Source: Gammaproteobacteria bacterium | GTDB taxonomy: Bacteria > Pseudomonadota > Gammaproteobacteria > Eutrophobiales > Eutrophobiaceae | NCBI GenBank assembly: GCA_965221695.1 | Contig: OZ244905.1 | Location: 1,760,001 to 1,824,000 of the forward strand | Length of the DNA: 64,000 nucleotides | Direction of reading: 5' to 3' | Shown: positions 39,022 through 47,768 of the stretch, piece after piece | How the letters are laid out: every line of letters begins with the position of its first letter | Numbering within the stretch: the first letter of the stretch is position 1 | Notes under the pieces: generated by a model | What the model saw: the letters and a program-made list of their open reading frames with translations, nothing else | What the model was told of the DNA's origin: nothing | Databases searched by the model: none | Translations under genes and position numbers: made by a program

Positions 39022-40217
39022 TTGTTGCGGGCAGACAGGTATTTCAGCGTCGGGAGCATGATGGCCCGAAGCGTGCGTTGCAGGGCTGACAATACCGGTC
39101 CCACTACTTTCGTGTTCTGTGCCGAGGTGAAATTCCCGATGCCGAGGCTGTCACGGAGTTCGCCACCCAGGACCTGCATCGGGGTGTCAAGCGGGATGCC
39201 GGTGGCGTCGGCGATGCGGTCCATCTTCTCGTAATGCGCGACCAGGGCGGCGGCATCCACGAGTTGTTCCGGTCCGAGCTTGTCAAGAATTTCCTCGCGT
39301 ATGCGTTCGAGTGCGGGTTCGTCTCCGGTAACCGCGGCGGTCGCAAAATCGGATAGCAGAGCGCCATGGGCTACCCCGCCGTCGGAACCGTTGGCCCCTT
39401 CGACGGCCAGGCGCAGATCGACCTCCTGCCCCGTAATCTCAGCGCTCGCACGGAGCGCCGCCGCATGTGCGCTGGTTCAGTAGAAGCACTCGTTCAGTGC
39501 TGACACCCGGGTTGCGATCAGCTCTGTCTGGCGGCGGTCCAGCGAGCGCTGCGCGGTGAAGTTCACCAGGTCGGCAAAAGTCAGGTATTCTGCTTGTGCC
39601 AGCTTCTGCAGGCCGCGCGCTTCGTCCGGTACAAGGCTCAGAGAACGTACGATATTCGGCGCGACGGGTAAGGGCACATCTGCGTAGAGATCTGCGTCCG
39701 GACCGCTCGGCTTGGCCAGCAGCGGCACAAAAGCGCCGTAAAAAAGCTTGCCGCTGGCTTTTCTGCGCGATGGATCACCCGCTTGTGGTTCAGGCAGCGA
39801 CCGCGGGGCGATCCCGAGACTGCGGCAAAACGCGTCAACACTAATCGTGAGTACAGTAATGCTGATGATCTCAACATATTGTTCGGGAGTAAGACCATCT
39901 CCAATGGCCTTGTCATAGAAGACACGCGACAGCCTCTGCGGGTCAGTGGTTACCCGATGAATCACCTCAACCGCTGCCGCCGGCAGGATGCCTTCGCTAT
40001 CATGCTCTCCCTCTACCGCGTAAGGGGACAGCGCTGACTTGCGCTCTGCGCAGAAGGCACAGTTCCGTGCCAGGCGTACTTCTGCGGCAATGGATACACG
40101 TTCGCGTCCGTCCCACCAGGCGCCCGGTTGTGCGAGCCGGCTCCATTCCTGCTGTTGGGCGTTGGCTAGATCGGCGCGCACGGGGACCGGCGTGTCGGGA
40201 TAAAATGCGTGTCTCAT
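39018..40217 (-). CDS. AhpD-like alkylhydroperoxidase-related selenoprotein (399 aa, Sec at codon 247)
   Basis: NECFY-TGA-TSAH gives a CxxU motif; the frame stays open for 152 codons after the TGA; hairpin downstream; final stop overlaps the next ATG (ATGA). Confidence 0.78.
39442..39458 (-). promoter_or_regulatory. Candidate bacterial SECIS hairpin
   Basis: GCGCUC-CGUGC-GAGCGC starting 19 nt after the UGA, with GU in the loop. Confidence 0.55.
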
Positions 40218-40319
40218 TATGGTCTCGCCTGTTTTGAATATTTTATCCCACTCGCCAGCTCACCTCACAATACTTGGAATACATTATGATGGTTCAAGCG
40301 TACTGTTTTTTGCCAGCGC

Positions 40320-41288
40320 TCATGGCCTGTCGTTTCGCAGGTGGTTGGCCCGGTAGCGCGAAGGCGTTGTGCCCATACTGCGTCGGAAAGCTTTGCTGAA
40401 CGCGCCTTCTGATTCATAGCCGACCAGTTCTGCGATCTGAGACAAGGATAGCGCGCCGTTGCGGATTTCACAGGCCGCTCGATGCATGCGCGTTTTATAC
40501 AAGTAATTCACCGGCGTATCTCCAATTACTTCGCGAAAACGACTAGCAAATGCCGAACGGCTCAGCAATGCCTCATTGGCTAGACTGGCAACAGTCCATG
40601 GATGATCCAAGCGGGAATGGATCGCGTTGATCGCCCGTTTAATGCGCGAATCTATCAGGCGTGAATTCCAGTTAATATCTTCGCTGAGTAGAGAAAATTC
40701 CATAAATTCTATTGCGATGATTTCCGCAAGTCGCTTGACAATAGCCTCGCGTGCGTCTTTGGAAGCGGTGTATTCAAGCAGTACCAGGTTAATGATATGC
40801 TCAAGCCGCTGGTATATCCGGACATCGTCCGGCGTGACAAGTATCGCTGCTGGAATCACATTCGGCAATGGGTTGGATGAAACCGGGATAGACGCTCTTA
40901 TGATGACCGTCGCTGAAGTATTTAACGCGTTGACAAAATCGAAATCTTCCAGACTGATGAAAGGATCGGAAGCCCTCACATCGACTTTTGTACTGATGGT
41001 GTCCCGCAATGTGTGCCCCGCGCCGCTAGGCAACGTCATGATGCTGTTAGCGCCCACCTCGACTGGCCCGTCGCCATCCATTTCAAACACAGCTTTACCC
41101 TTTCGAAACGCGTACAACAAAGCGATATCTCCTTGAGGGACTGTCAACGACCAGGGTCGTGAAAAAGCGGCTATGCTTATCCACGCTTCAGGCACCCGGA
41201 TATCAAGCAAAGAGTTCATAAAATTCTCCGGACAATTCTCGAACAAGCTCACTCGGACGTCTAACACTTGCTTCAGAACGTCTCTCAA
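40320..41288 (-). CDS. AraC-family regulator with cupin N-terminus (start uncertain)
   Basis: WTVASLANEALLSRSAFASRF and GYESEGAFSKAFRR motifs. Confidence 0.9.
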   Translation of the reverse strand: MRDVLKQVLDVRVSLFENCPENFMNSLLDIRVPEAWISIAAFSRPWSLTVPQGDIALLYAFRKGKAVFEMDGDGPVEVGANSIMTLPSGAGHTLRDTISTKVDVRASDPFISLEDFDFVNALNTSATVIIRASIPVSSNPLPNVIPAAILVTPDDVRIYQRLEHIINLVLLEYTASKDAREAIVKRLAEIIAIEFMEFSLLSEDINWNSRLIDSRIKRAINAIHSRLDHPWTVASLANEALLSRSAFASRFREVIGDTPVNYLYKTRMHRAACEIRNGALSLSQIAELVGYESEGAFSKAFRRSMGTTPSRYRANHLRNDRP

Positions 41289-41313
41289 GTAGAGAAATCC
41301 ATTGTTATTTTAT

Positions 41314-41433
41314 GTAACCTCTAATCAAGTCAGAGGTTCCTGCGGCACAGGGTTGTGTCGCCAATATCAATGACAATAAATCATTGATATTGCGAGCACA
41401 ACAAAAATCGCAATTTTGTTGTGCGTGCTCTGA
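41314..41433. mobile_element. Diverged, right-truncated long MITE, copy C
   Basis: Same hairpin order as copies A and B, with compensatory substitutions. Confidence 0.8.
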
Positions 41434-41438
41434 TATGG

Positions 41439-41466
41439 AAAAAAAAAGCCGCCCTTTCGGGCGGCT
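41439..41466 (-). terminator. Rho-independent terminator of the phasin gene
   Basis: Minus strand GCCGCCC-GAAA-GGGCGGC followed by a T9 run. Confidence 0.85.
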
Positions 41467-41526
41467 GACCAACCGCAGGTCCTGGGGGAAGGGAAATCCT
41501 GCGGCAAGGAGGGTTGAGTTGCCAGC

Positions 41527-41910
41527 TTATTTGCTTTGGGGGGCTGCTTTAGTGGCTGTTTGAGAAGCAGTTTTCGCTTTGGTTGCTGCCACGGGCACAT
41601 CCTGCCTGATGGTCTCGGTGACAATCTGCTGCACCTTATCGGTATAGGTGACGCCCAGCTCCATGGCAGCCTGGCTGTCCTTGATAAAACGCTCACCGAG
41701 CGTTTTTACCATTTCCGCCTGTTCGGTGAAGTACTTCTTCAAGCCATCAATATCATTGATGTCGGCAGTAGATTTCAACTGCTCAACACCCAGCCTGGTG
41801 GTGTCATTGATTGACTTGAGCTGGATATCCAGCAGCTTTTCTACATTTTCCAATGCCAAAGCATTGATCTCTTTTACGGGTTCAAAGTATTTTGTGGTTG
41901 GTACATTCAT
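41527..41910 (-). CDS. phaP: Phasin (PHA granule-associated protein)
   Basis: EPVKEINALALENVEKLLDIQL helical protein with an Ala/Lys-rich tail; GAGGAG RBS before ATG 41910. Confidence 0.8.
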   Translation of the reverse strand: MNVPTTKYFEPVKEINALALENVEKLLDIQLKSINDTTRLGVEQLKSTADINDIDGLKKYFTEQAEMVKTLGERFIKDSQAAMELGVTYTDKVQQIVTETIRQDVPVAATKAKTASQTATKAAPQSK

Positions 41911-41936
41911 GGTTGATATCTCCTCGTTTAGTTGAA

Positions 41937-41990
41937 TGTTGCAATGCATCATAAACCAATGTCTTGTGCAATGCAACAAAAAAATGCAAT
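41937..41990. promoter_or_regulatory. Putative PhaR-type TGC boxes
   Basis: TGCAATGCA occurs twice, plus ATGCAAT, directly upstream of the phasin gene. Confidence 0.55.
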
Positions 41991-42180
41991 TTTTTTAAAA
42001 AAAAACTACATTTTTTTTATAAATCTATATAAAACAAAAAGTTATATAAGAAAAATATTATGTGTTAGGGCTGTTTTCTGGTTCTGAATCCGGTGTTTTA
42101 CCGGATTTTTGGGGTAAGTCCGGATATAGCGCAAGTGGATCTGCGCCCAAACTTGCGCTATATATGGGCTGGAAAGAGTA

Positions 42181-43275
42181 CTAGGATTCCTGTTCAGTTA
42201 CAGGGTCGCGCACCAGGTCTGAGAGGGTCTGGTTGTACAGTTCCGCCTTGGATGCGGATAAAAGATAGGCCCAACCCTGTACCAGGCTGTTGAGGATTTC
42301 AGCTTCCTGTTCGGGTGTCTGTTTGTTTGCTTCCTCCATGCTTGTTTCCGCCGACGCCTCATCAACGGTTTCTGCGCTGACCGGCCGCGCCGCTTGCGCG
42401 CCAAATGAAAATCTTGCGTAGCTTTGTTCCCCGCTTTTCACGACCTCGATCTTAGCCGTCAAACCATCGAATGTAGTCACCTCGATGATGGAATCCGACC
42501 GGGAAAAATCAAAACTATTCTCTTTTCTCACACCTTCCACAAATATATTTTCCAGGATGGATGCCATCCGGCCGATAAGATATTCGGACTCTTGCTCCTT
42601 GCCTTCCGGTATATCCAGCAATGTCAGATCATCTGCGAGTTTATCTCGGTTCAGGACCAGTTCCACCCCGTCCGCAGGCCGTATGCGGACAGCCTTGACA
42701 CGTTCTCCTTCGATATCGATGATATCTCTCTTGATCCAGTCGATGATATCGGCGCTGACCGATAATCTGCCTTCCACCAGCAGTGTCTGTTGCTGATCGG
42801 GAATGCGCACATACAAACCCGGCGCGCTTGCAGCGGATTTGCTACGCCGAGTATTGCCGACTACCAGCTCTGCCAGCACATCGCCATTGCTCGCTAACCT
42901 GAGCAGGTGAGAGGTGGCGCCCTTACTATCGGGGGCTTCCACGCCCAGCCTCTTGTACAGGTCGGGATTATCCGTCTTTTCCGCTATCACCAGAAGATTG
43001 GAGACGGCCAGCGCGATTTGCTTTATCTTGTCTACCAGCGCCGGATAATCGTCAGCCTCGGCAATACTCCAGCTATCCGCCACGCGCCGAATGGTCAGCG
43101 TGGATTGAGCGTCGCGTACCACCAGTTCGCTTATATCATTGATCCGTTCTGCAAACCCCGGGAACAGTGTCGTTTTTTCTCTGTTTGTCTGGGGCGCCCT
43201 TTGCTGGCTGACAAGCGCTGCCGCGACGGCGACAATGACTGTCAGTACTATGATTATCTTATGGCGGTTGTTCAT
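42181..43275 (-). CDS. DUF4340 domain protein (Gld-like ABC accessory)
   Basis: N-terminal TM, YPA...EKTDNPDLYKRLGV and LYVR motifs; last gene of the ABC operon. Confidence 0.8.
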   Translation of the reverse strand: MNNRHKIIIVLTVIVAVAAALVSQQRAPQTNREKTTLFPGFAERINDISELVVRDAQSTLTIRRVADSWSIAEADDYPALVDKIKQIALAVSNLLVIAEKTDNPDLYKRLGVEAPDSKGATSHLLRLASNGDVLAELVVGNTRRSKSAASAPGLYVRIPDQQQTLLVEGRLSVSADIIDWIKRDIIDIEGERVKAVRIRPADGVELVLNRDKLADDLTLLDIPEGKEQESEYLIGRMASILENIFVEGVRKENSFDFSRSDSIIEVTTFDGLTAKIEVVKSGEQSYARFSFGAQAARPVSAETVDEASAETSMEEANKQTPEQEAEILNSLVQGWAYLLSASKAELYNQTLSDLVRDPVTEQES

Positions 43276-45137
43276 CAGACTCTGCGGCGCGCCCGTTGTA
43301 TGCCCGCGACCAAAGCGAGCAAAGCTATGATTAACGGTATCAGGCCGATGTTTATAAATTTGAGGTGGGCGCCCAGGCGCTCGATATTTTTTTGCAGTTC
43401 GTGCTGTACTGCGCGCAATTCCTTACGCGTCCTGATTTGCTCGAGCCTGAATTTTTCAATTTCAGCGGCCTGTTCCTCAGTGAGCAACAACGCGTTGTCT
43501 CCTCCTTCCTGTTGCAGTTGGGCAATTTTCTGTTCAGTCTCTTCCAGGCGCGACTGCAACGCCTGTTCCTGTTCGCGGAAGCGGGCCTCAGCATCCCGCT
43601 GTATCTGTTCAACCACGGTGAACGGACGGGAAAATTCTCCGCGGCTGCGCAGGCTGATCAGGTCGGTATTGCCCGACAAATTTTCCAGCGTATTGATGAC
43701 GAAATCGCCATTGTTGGCAATGCTTTGGGGAATCTCAACACCGAAGAAATTCTGCCTTCTGATCCAGAAATGGTCAGCCAGGATGTCGGTGTCTCCGACC
43801 AGAACGACATCCACCCTGCCCTCCTTGATGATATCATCAGCAGAGGCTGTTTGTTCGTTTTCGTCCTCAATCAAGACCCCGTCAGGGTAGGCGCTGGGCA
43901 CATCGCCGCTGATGCGCGCCGCGAGCGTTAACGGAATATTGCCGGATTCGAAGTTAGACAGCATCACGTTGGGGTCGCGCTGGAAGAAAATCAGGTCCCG
44001 TTGCATTCTCATCGAGTCGGCCGTGGTCTGGATCAGCGGCGCAAATTCGACCATTGCGTCCTCTTTTCGGTCGATGATCCCTGCGCTACCCATATGGATC
44101 AGATTCAACTCGCTGGTGCTGAAATCCTGCCGATCAAAGTTGGCTGCCTCCAGCCTTATCCAGGGCAGGTAATTACTCTCCTGCGGACCGCGCGCGCCCT
44201 GAGTCTGCACCCGCATCGCCAGGTTGATGTCCGCGGCGACCTCACTAGCGCTCACTTCCAGACCCCAACCTTGCAACATTTCATTCAGGTTGGAAGACAG
44301 ATCCGGCATGACATACGGGTTTGCCGGATCCGGTTCGGCGTTGTCCCCTTCCGCCAGTGGATCAACAAACAGCATGGCATGACCACCTCGCAGCAGATAC
44401 TGATCTATGGCAAATAGCGCCTGTTCGGTAAAGCCCTTGGGATGGACAACCATCAATACATCGACATCTTCATCGATGGAGTCGGCGGTTGCGCCGAGGT
44501 TGCGCACATCAAAGAACTCCTCCATCACGTCGATGATAGCCCACCGCTGCTGTATGCCTCGCACAGGGTCGCCGAATAGCGGCAACCCGGACATTACACC
44601 GATAACCCGTTTGTTCGGGTTGGCGAGGTTATAGATCAGCTTGGTTATATCGTATTCCAGCGCGTCTTCCCGGCTAGCCTGAAAAAACGGAATGATTGCC
44701 TCATCATCCGTAGAGTTGACGCCTACCAGGCCAAAATAGGCAAGATCGCCCGCAGCCGAGACAGAGATGCCATTCAAACCACTGGCAACGGCTTGGTCCT
44801 CTTCCTCCGAAAACGGTTCTGGCTCAATGACGGACAGTTCGATCTTGCCGCCGGATTTTGCCGCGTACTCTTCCAGCAGGTCGCGTACCCGGTTGGCGTA
44901 ATTGACCAGTTGCGGAAAGTCAGCCATGGTCTTGCGGGATACGTACAAATCCAGGGAAACAGGCTCATCCAGGGAGGTGATAATGTTAATGGAACCCGGT
45001 GACAGGGTGAACAGCTTATTCTCAGTCAGGTCAAGCCGAACCCCGGTAAACAGGTTGTTGCTGATGGTAATCAGCGACACCGCCAGAACTGCCGCCAACA
45101 GGATGCCCGAGCCTGATAAAAGACGTTTATACCTCAT
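43275..45137 (-). CDS. GldG-like ABC transporter auxiliary component
   Basis: RLDLTENKLFTLS, EPEPFSEEED, LEYDIT and IDQYLLRGG motifs. Confidence 0.88.
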   Translation of the reverse strand: MRYKRLLSGSGILLAAVLAVSLITISNNLFTGVRLDLTENKLFTLSPGSINIITSLDEPVSLDLYVSRKTMADFPQLVNYANRVRDLLEEYAAKSGGKIELSVIEPEPFSEEEDQAVASGLNGISVSAAGDLAYFGLVGVNSTDDEAIIPFFQASREDALEYDITKLIYNLANPNKRVIGVMSGLPLFGDPVRGIQQRWAIIDVMEEFFDVRNLGATADSIDEDVDVLMVVHPKGFTEQALFAIDQYLLRGGHAMLFVDPLAEGDNAEPDPANPYVMPDLSSNLNEMLQGWGLEVSASEVAADINLAMRVQTQGARGPQESNYLPWIRLEAANFDRQDFSTSELNLIHMGSAGIIDRKEDAMVEFAPLIQTTADSMRMQRDLIFFQRDPNVMLSNFESGNIPLTLAARISGDVPSAYPDGVLIEDENEQTASADDIIKEGRVDVVLVGDTDILADHFWIRRQNFFGVEIPQSIANNGDFVINTLENLSGNTDLISLRSRGEFSRPFTVVEQIQRDAEARFREQEQALQSRLEETEQKIAQLQQEGGDNALLLTEEQAAEIEKFRLEQIRTRKELRAVQHELQKNIERLGAHLKFINIGLIPLIIALLALVAGIQRARRRV

Positions 45138-45146
45138 GTCCGATAC

Positions 45147-45884
45147 TCAGTTGGCCTTGCGGGAATCGATAACCACGACATTGGCATACAACCAAAAAGC
45201 GATCAGCGTGAGGTAATACACCAGATCGCGCAGATCGATCACGCCTTTGTTGATGGAATCGAAGTGGGTAAGAAAACTGAGCGACGAGATTACGTCCACC
45301 AGGGCCTGAGGCGCCCAGCCCTGGAAAAAATCCAGCACCAGCGGAAAGCCGCTCAGAATGAACAGAAAACAAATGACGACACTGATCACAAAGGCAATGA
45401 CCTGGCTTTTTGACAGAGCTGATATACAAGAACCGATGGCGAGGAAGCCCCCGGCCATGAGCAGGCTGCCGAGGTAGCCGGCCAGGATAACGGTGTTGTC
45501 CGGGTCGCCGAGGTAATTTACGGTGATCCACATCGGGAAGGTCAGCGTCAGGGCTATTGCGGTAAAACACCAGGCGGCCAGGAACTTACCAAGCACGGCA
45601 TCCGTGACCGAAATGGGCAAGGTCATAAGCAGTTCAATGGTGCCGGTCTTGCGTTCTTCGGACCACAGACGCATGGAAATAGCCGGTATCAGAAACAGGT
45701 AAAGCCAGGGGTGAAACCGGAAAAACGGTTCCAGATCTGCCTGGCCCCGTTCGTAAAACGCGCCCAGATAGAAACTGAAAATGCCAGTCAGAAACAGGAA
45801 TATAATAATGAAGACATAGGCAACAGGGGTATGGAAATACCCATATAGTTCCCGCTTCAATACGGCTTTGACGCTGTTGTTCAT
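45147..45884 (-). CDS. GldF-like ABC-2 permease
   Basis: PAISMRLWSEERKTGTIELLMTLP motif. Confidence 0.9.
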   Translation of the reverse strand: MNNSVKAVLKRELYGYFHTPVAYVFIIIFLFLTGIFSFYLGAFYERGQADLEPFFRFHPWLYLFLIPAISMRLWSEERKTGTIELLMTLPISVTDAVLGKFLAAWCFTAIALTLTFPMWITVNYLGDPDNTVILAGYLGSLLMAGGFLAIGSCISALSKSQVIAFVISVVICFLFILSGFPLVLDFFQGWAPQALVDVISSLSFLTHFDSINKGVIDLRDLVYYLTLIAFWLYANVVVIDSRKAN

Positions 45885-46657
45885 GACTGACCCGCTTGTC
45901 CCTGGTTTGTGTAGAACCGGCTGGTTATTGCGCGGAACGCATCGTCGTAGTCTTGCTGTTCGGACTGCGCGCGTAATTCGGCCGGCGTGCCATCAAACAG
46001 GATCTGGCCATCAGCGATTATAATCGCCCTACTGCATACGGCATCGACTTCCTCAAGGATATGGGTGGAGATCACGATCGCCTTGTTCTCAGCCATTTCC
46101 TTGATCAAACTCCTGACTTCGTGTTTCTGGTTAGGGTCCAATCCATCCGTGGGTTCGTCCATGATCAGCACATCCGGGTCGTGTAATAGAGCTTGCGCCA
46201 CGCCAACGCGGCGTTTGTAACCCTTGGACAAGGTTTCCACAGTCTGTTCCAGAACATTATCGAGGTGCACAAGGTCGACAACTCTGCTGATCCGCTGTTG
46301 TTTTTCCGCGCCGTTATAACCGCGTATCTCGGCCACGAACTCCAGAAACCGAATGACTGTCATTTCGCCATAAGCCGGGGCGCCTTCCGGCAAGTATCCG
46401 ATGCATGACTTTACGCTGATCGGGGAAGTCCTGACGTCGTGTCCGTTAACCAACGCGGTCCCGTCAGTCGGTTCGAGAAACCCGGTAATCATCTTCATGG
46501 TGGTTGACTTGCCGGCGCCGTTGGGCCCCAGGAAGCCCAATACCTCGCCATGGCGTACGGAAAAGGAAACATTCCGCACCGCATGAATGGGTCCGAAGCG
46601 CTTATCCAGTCCTTTGACCTCGATTGCCGGCGGCTTGTTATCAACTGTCATAATCAA
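45881..46657 (-). CDS. GldA-like ABC ATP-binding protein
   Basis: GPNGAGKST, LSKGYKRRV and MDEPTDGLDP motifs. Confidence 0.93.
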   Translation of the reverse strand: MIMTVDNKPPAIEVKGLDKRFGPIHAVRNVSFSVRHGEVLGFLGPNGAGKSTTMKMITGFLEPTDGTALVNGHDVRTSPISVKSCIGYLPEGAPAYGEMTVIRFLEFVAEIRGYNGAEKQQRISRVVDLVHLDNVLEQTVETLSKGYKRRVGVAQALLHDPDVLIMDEPTDGLDPNQKHEVRSLIKEMAENKAIVISTHILEEVDAVCSRAIIIADGQILFDGTPAELRAQSEQQDYDDAFRAITSRFYTNQGQAGQS

Positions 46658-46845
46658 TATTGAGTTGCTTCATTCAAATTAAGGTAGCCCTGCATAAATC
46701 AGGGATTCCTTAAAGGGAGTTAATGCCTATCAGGGAGAACACCTTTAAAGCAGCGTATTTTCCATATTTTTCAGTGTTCGTCAATACTCTGCGTCAGGAC
46801 GCCCAGGGTAAACGCATACTTTTTTTGCTGTGTAAATTGTACTGA

Positions 46846-47712
46846 TCAGGAGGAACTTGGCCGTTTCAAGCGGTATAGAGCTGAGATATCTTCATCGCCA
46901 TAGCCCTGTTCCATCAGTTGTTCATAATGTTTGAGGGTCATATCTACCAGCGGCAGTGAAAACCGGTCCAGTTCCTGAGTCATACCTTTGCAGATGGTCA
47001 GGTCCTTGTGGTGCAGGTTCAGTTTGAACCCGGTCGCGTTGTCATTCACCAGCATGGTCTTGCCGCGATGGTCCAGGAACCAGTTGCCCGCGGCCCCTTT
47101 CGCAACAACATCCACCACCTTGTTCATATCCAGCCCCATGGCCTCGCCGAAGGCCAACGCCTCGGTCACAGCCTGGTTGACACCGGCGCACATGATTTGA
47201 TTCACTGCCTTGCAGGCCTGGCCGCTGCCGGTGGGTCCTATCAGCGTAATGGTTGCGGCGATTGAACGAAGCGTGCCCTCAGCCCGGGCCAACGCCGCGC
47301 CATCACCGCCAACCATCATTGCCAGGGTACCGTTTTTTGCGCCTTCCACTCCACCAGATACGGGACAGTCCAGGAAAGCTAAGCCGTTTTTTGCCAATTC
47401 TGCCGCAGCCTGCTTTGCAGTAGCGCTGCTGACAGTGGATGTATCCACGACAATGGCGCCGGTTTTTGCGCTCGATGCAACCTGCCCAATCATTTCCAGA
47501 ACGTCCGTATCCCGGGACACGCACAAGAGTATAAGTTCGCACTTTGCAGCTAACTCAGCGGGCGATTGAAACCGGATTACGCCGGTTTTCCGCGCCATGT
47601 TCTGCGCTTTGCTCCGGGTGCGGTTCCAGACACCATGCAGATGGCCTGCCTTATGCAGGTTCATCGCCATGCCGCTACCCATTGCGCCCAAGCCAATTAC
47701 TCCGGTTTTCAT
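46846..47712 (-). CDS. 3-hydroxyisobutyrate/tartronate semialdehyde dehydrogenase family oxidoreductase
   Basis: IGLGAMG, DCPVSGG and KAVNQ motifs. Confidence 0.92.
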   Translation of the reverse strand: MKTGVIGLGAMGSGMAMNLHKAGHLHGVWNRTRSKAQNMARKTGVIRFQSPAELAAKCELILLCVSRDTDVLEMIGQVASSAKTGAIVVDTSTVSSATAKQAAAELAKNGLAFLDCPVSGGVEGAKNGTLAMMVGGDGAALARAEGTLRSIAATITLIGPTGSGQACKAVNQIMCAGVNQAVTEALAFGEAMGLDMNKVVDVVAKGAAGNWFLDHRGKTMLVNDNATGFKLNLHHKDLTICKGMTQELDRFSLPLVDMTLKHYEQLMEQGYGDEDISALYRLKRPSSS

Positions 47713-47768
47713 TCAATAACCCTCCAGGCTTCGTGTTTGCTTTTGCCCACGCTCGACATCTATCGCCT

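Noticed and set aside
42181-46657. Gliding motility locus
   Set aside because: GldA/F/G-like plus DUF4340 ABC operons are widespread in non-gliding proteobacteria, and no other gld or spr genes are present.
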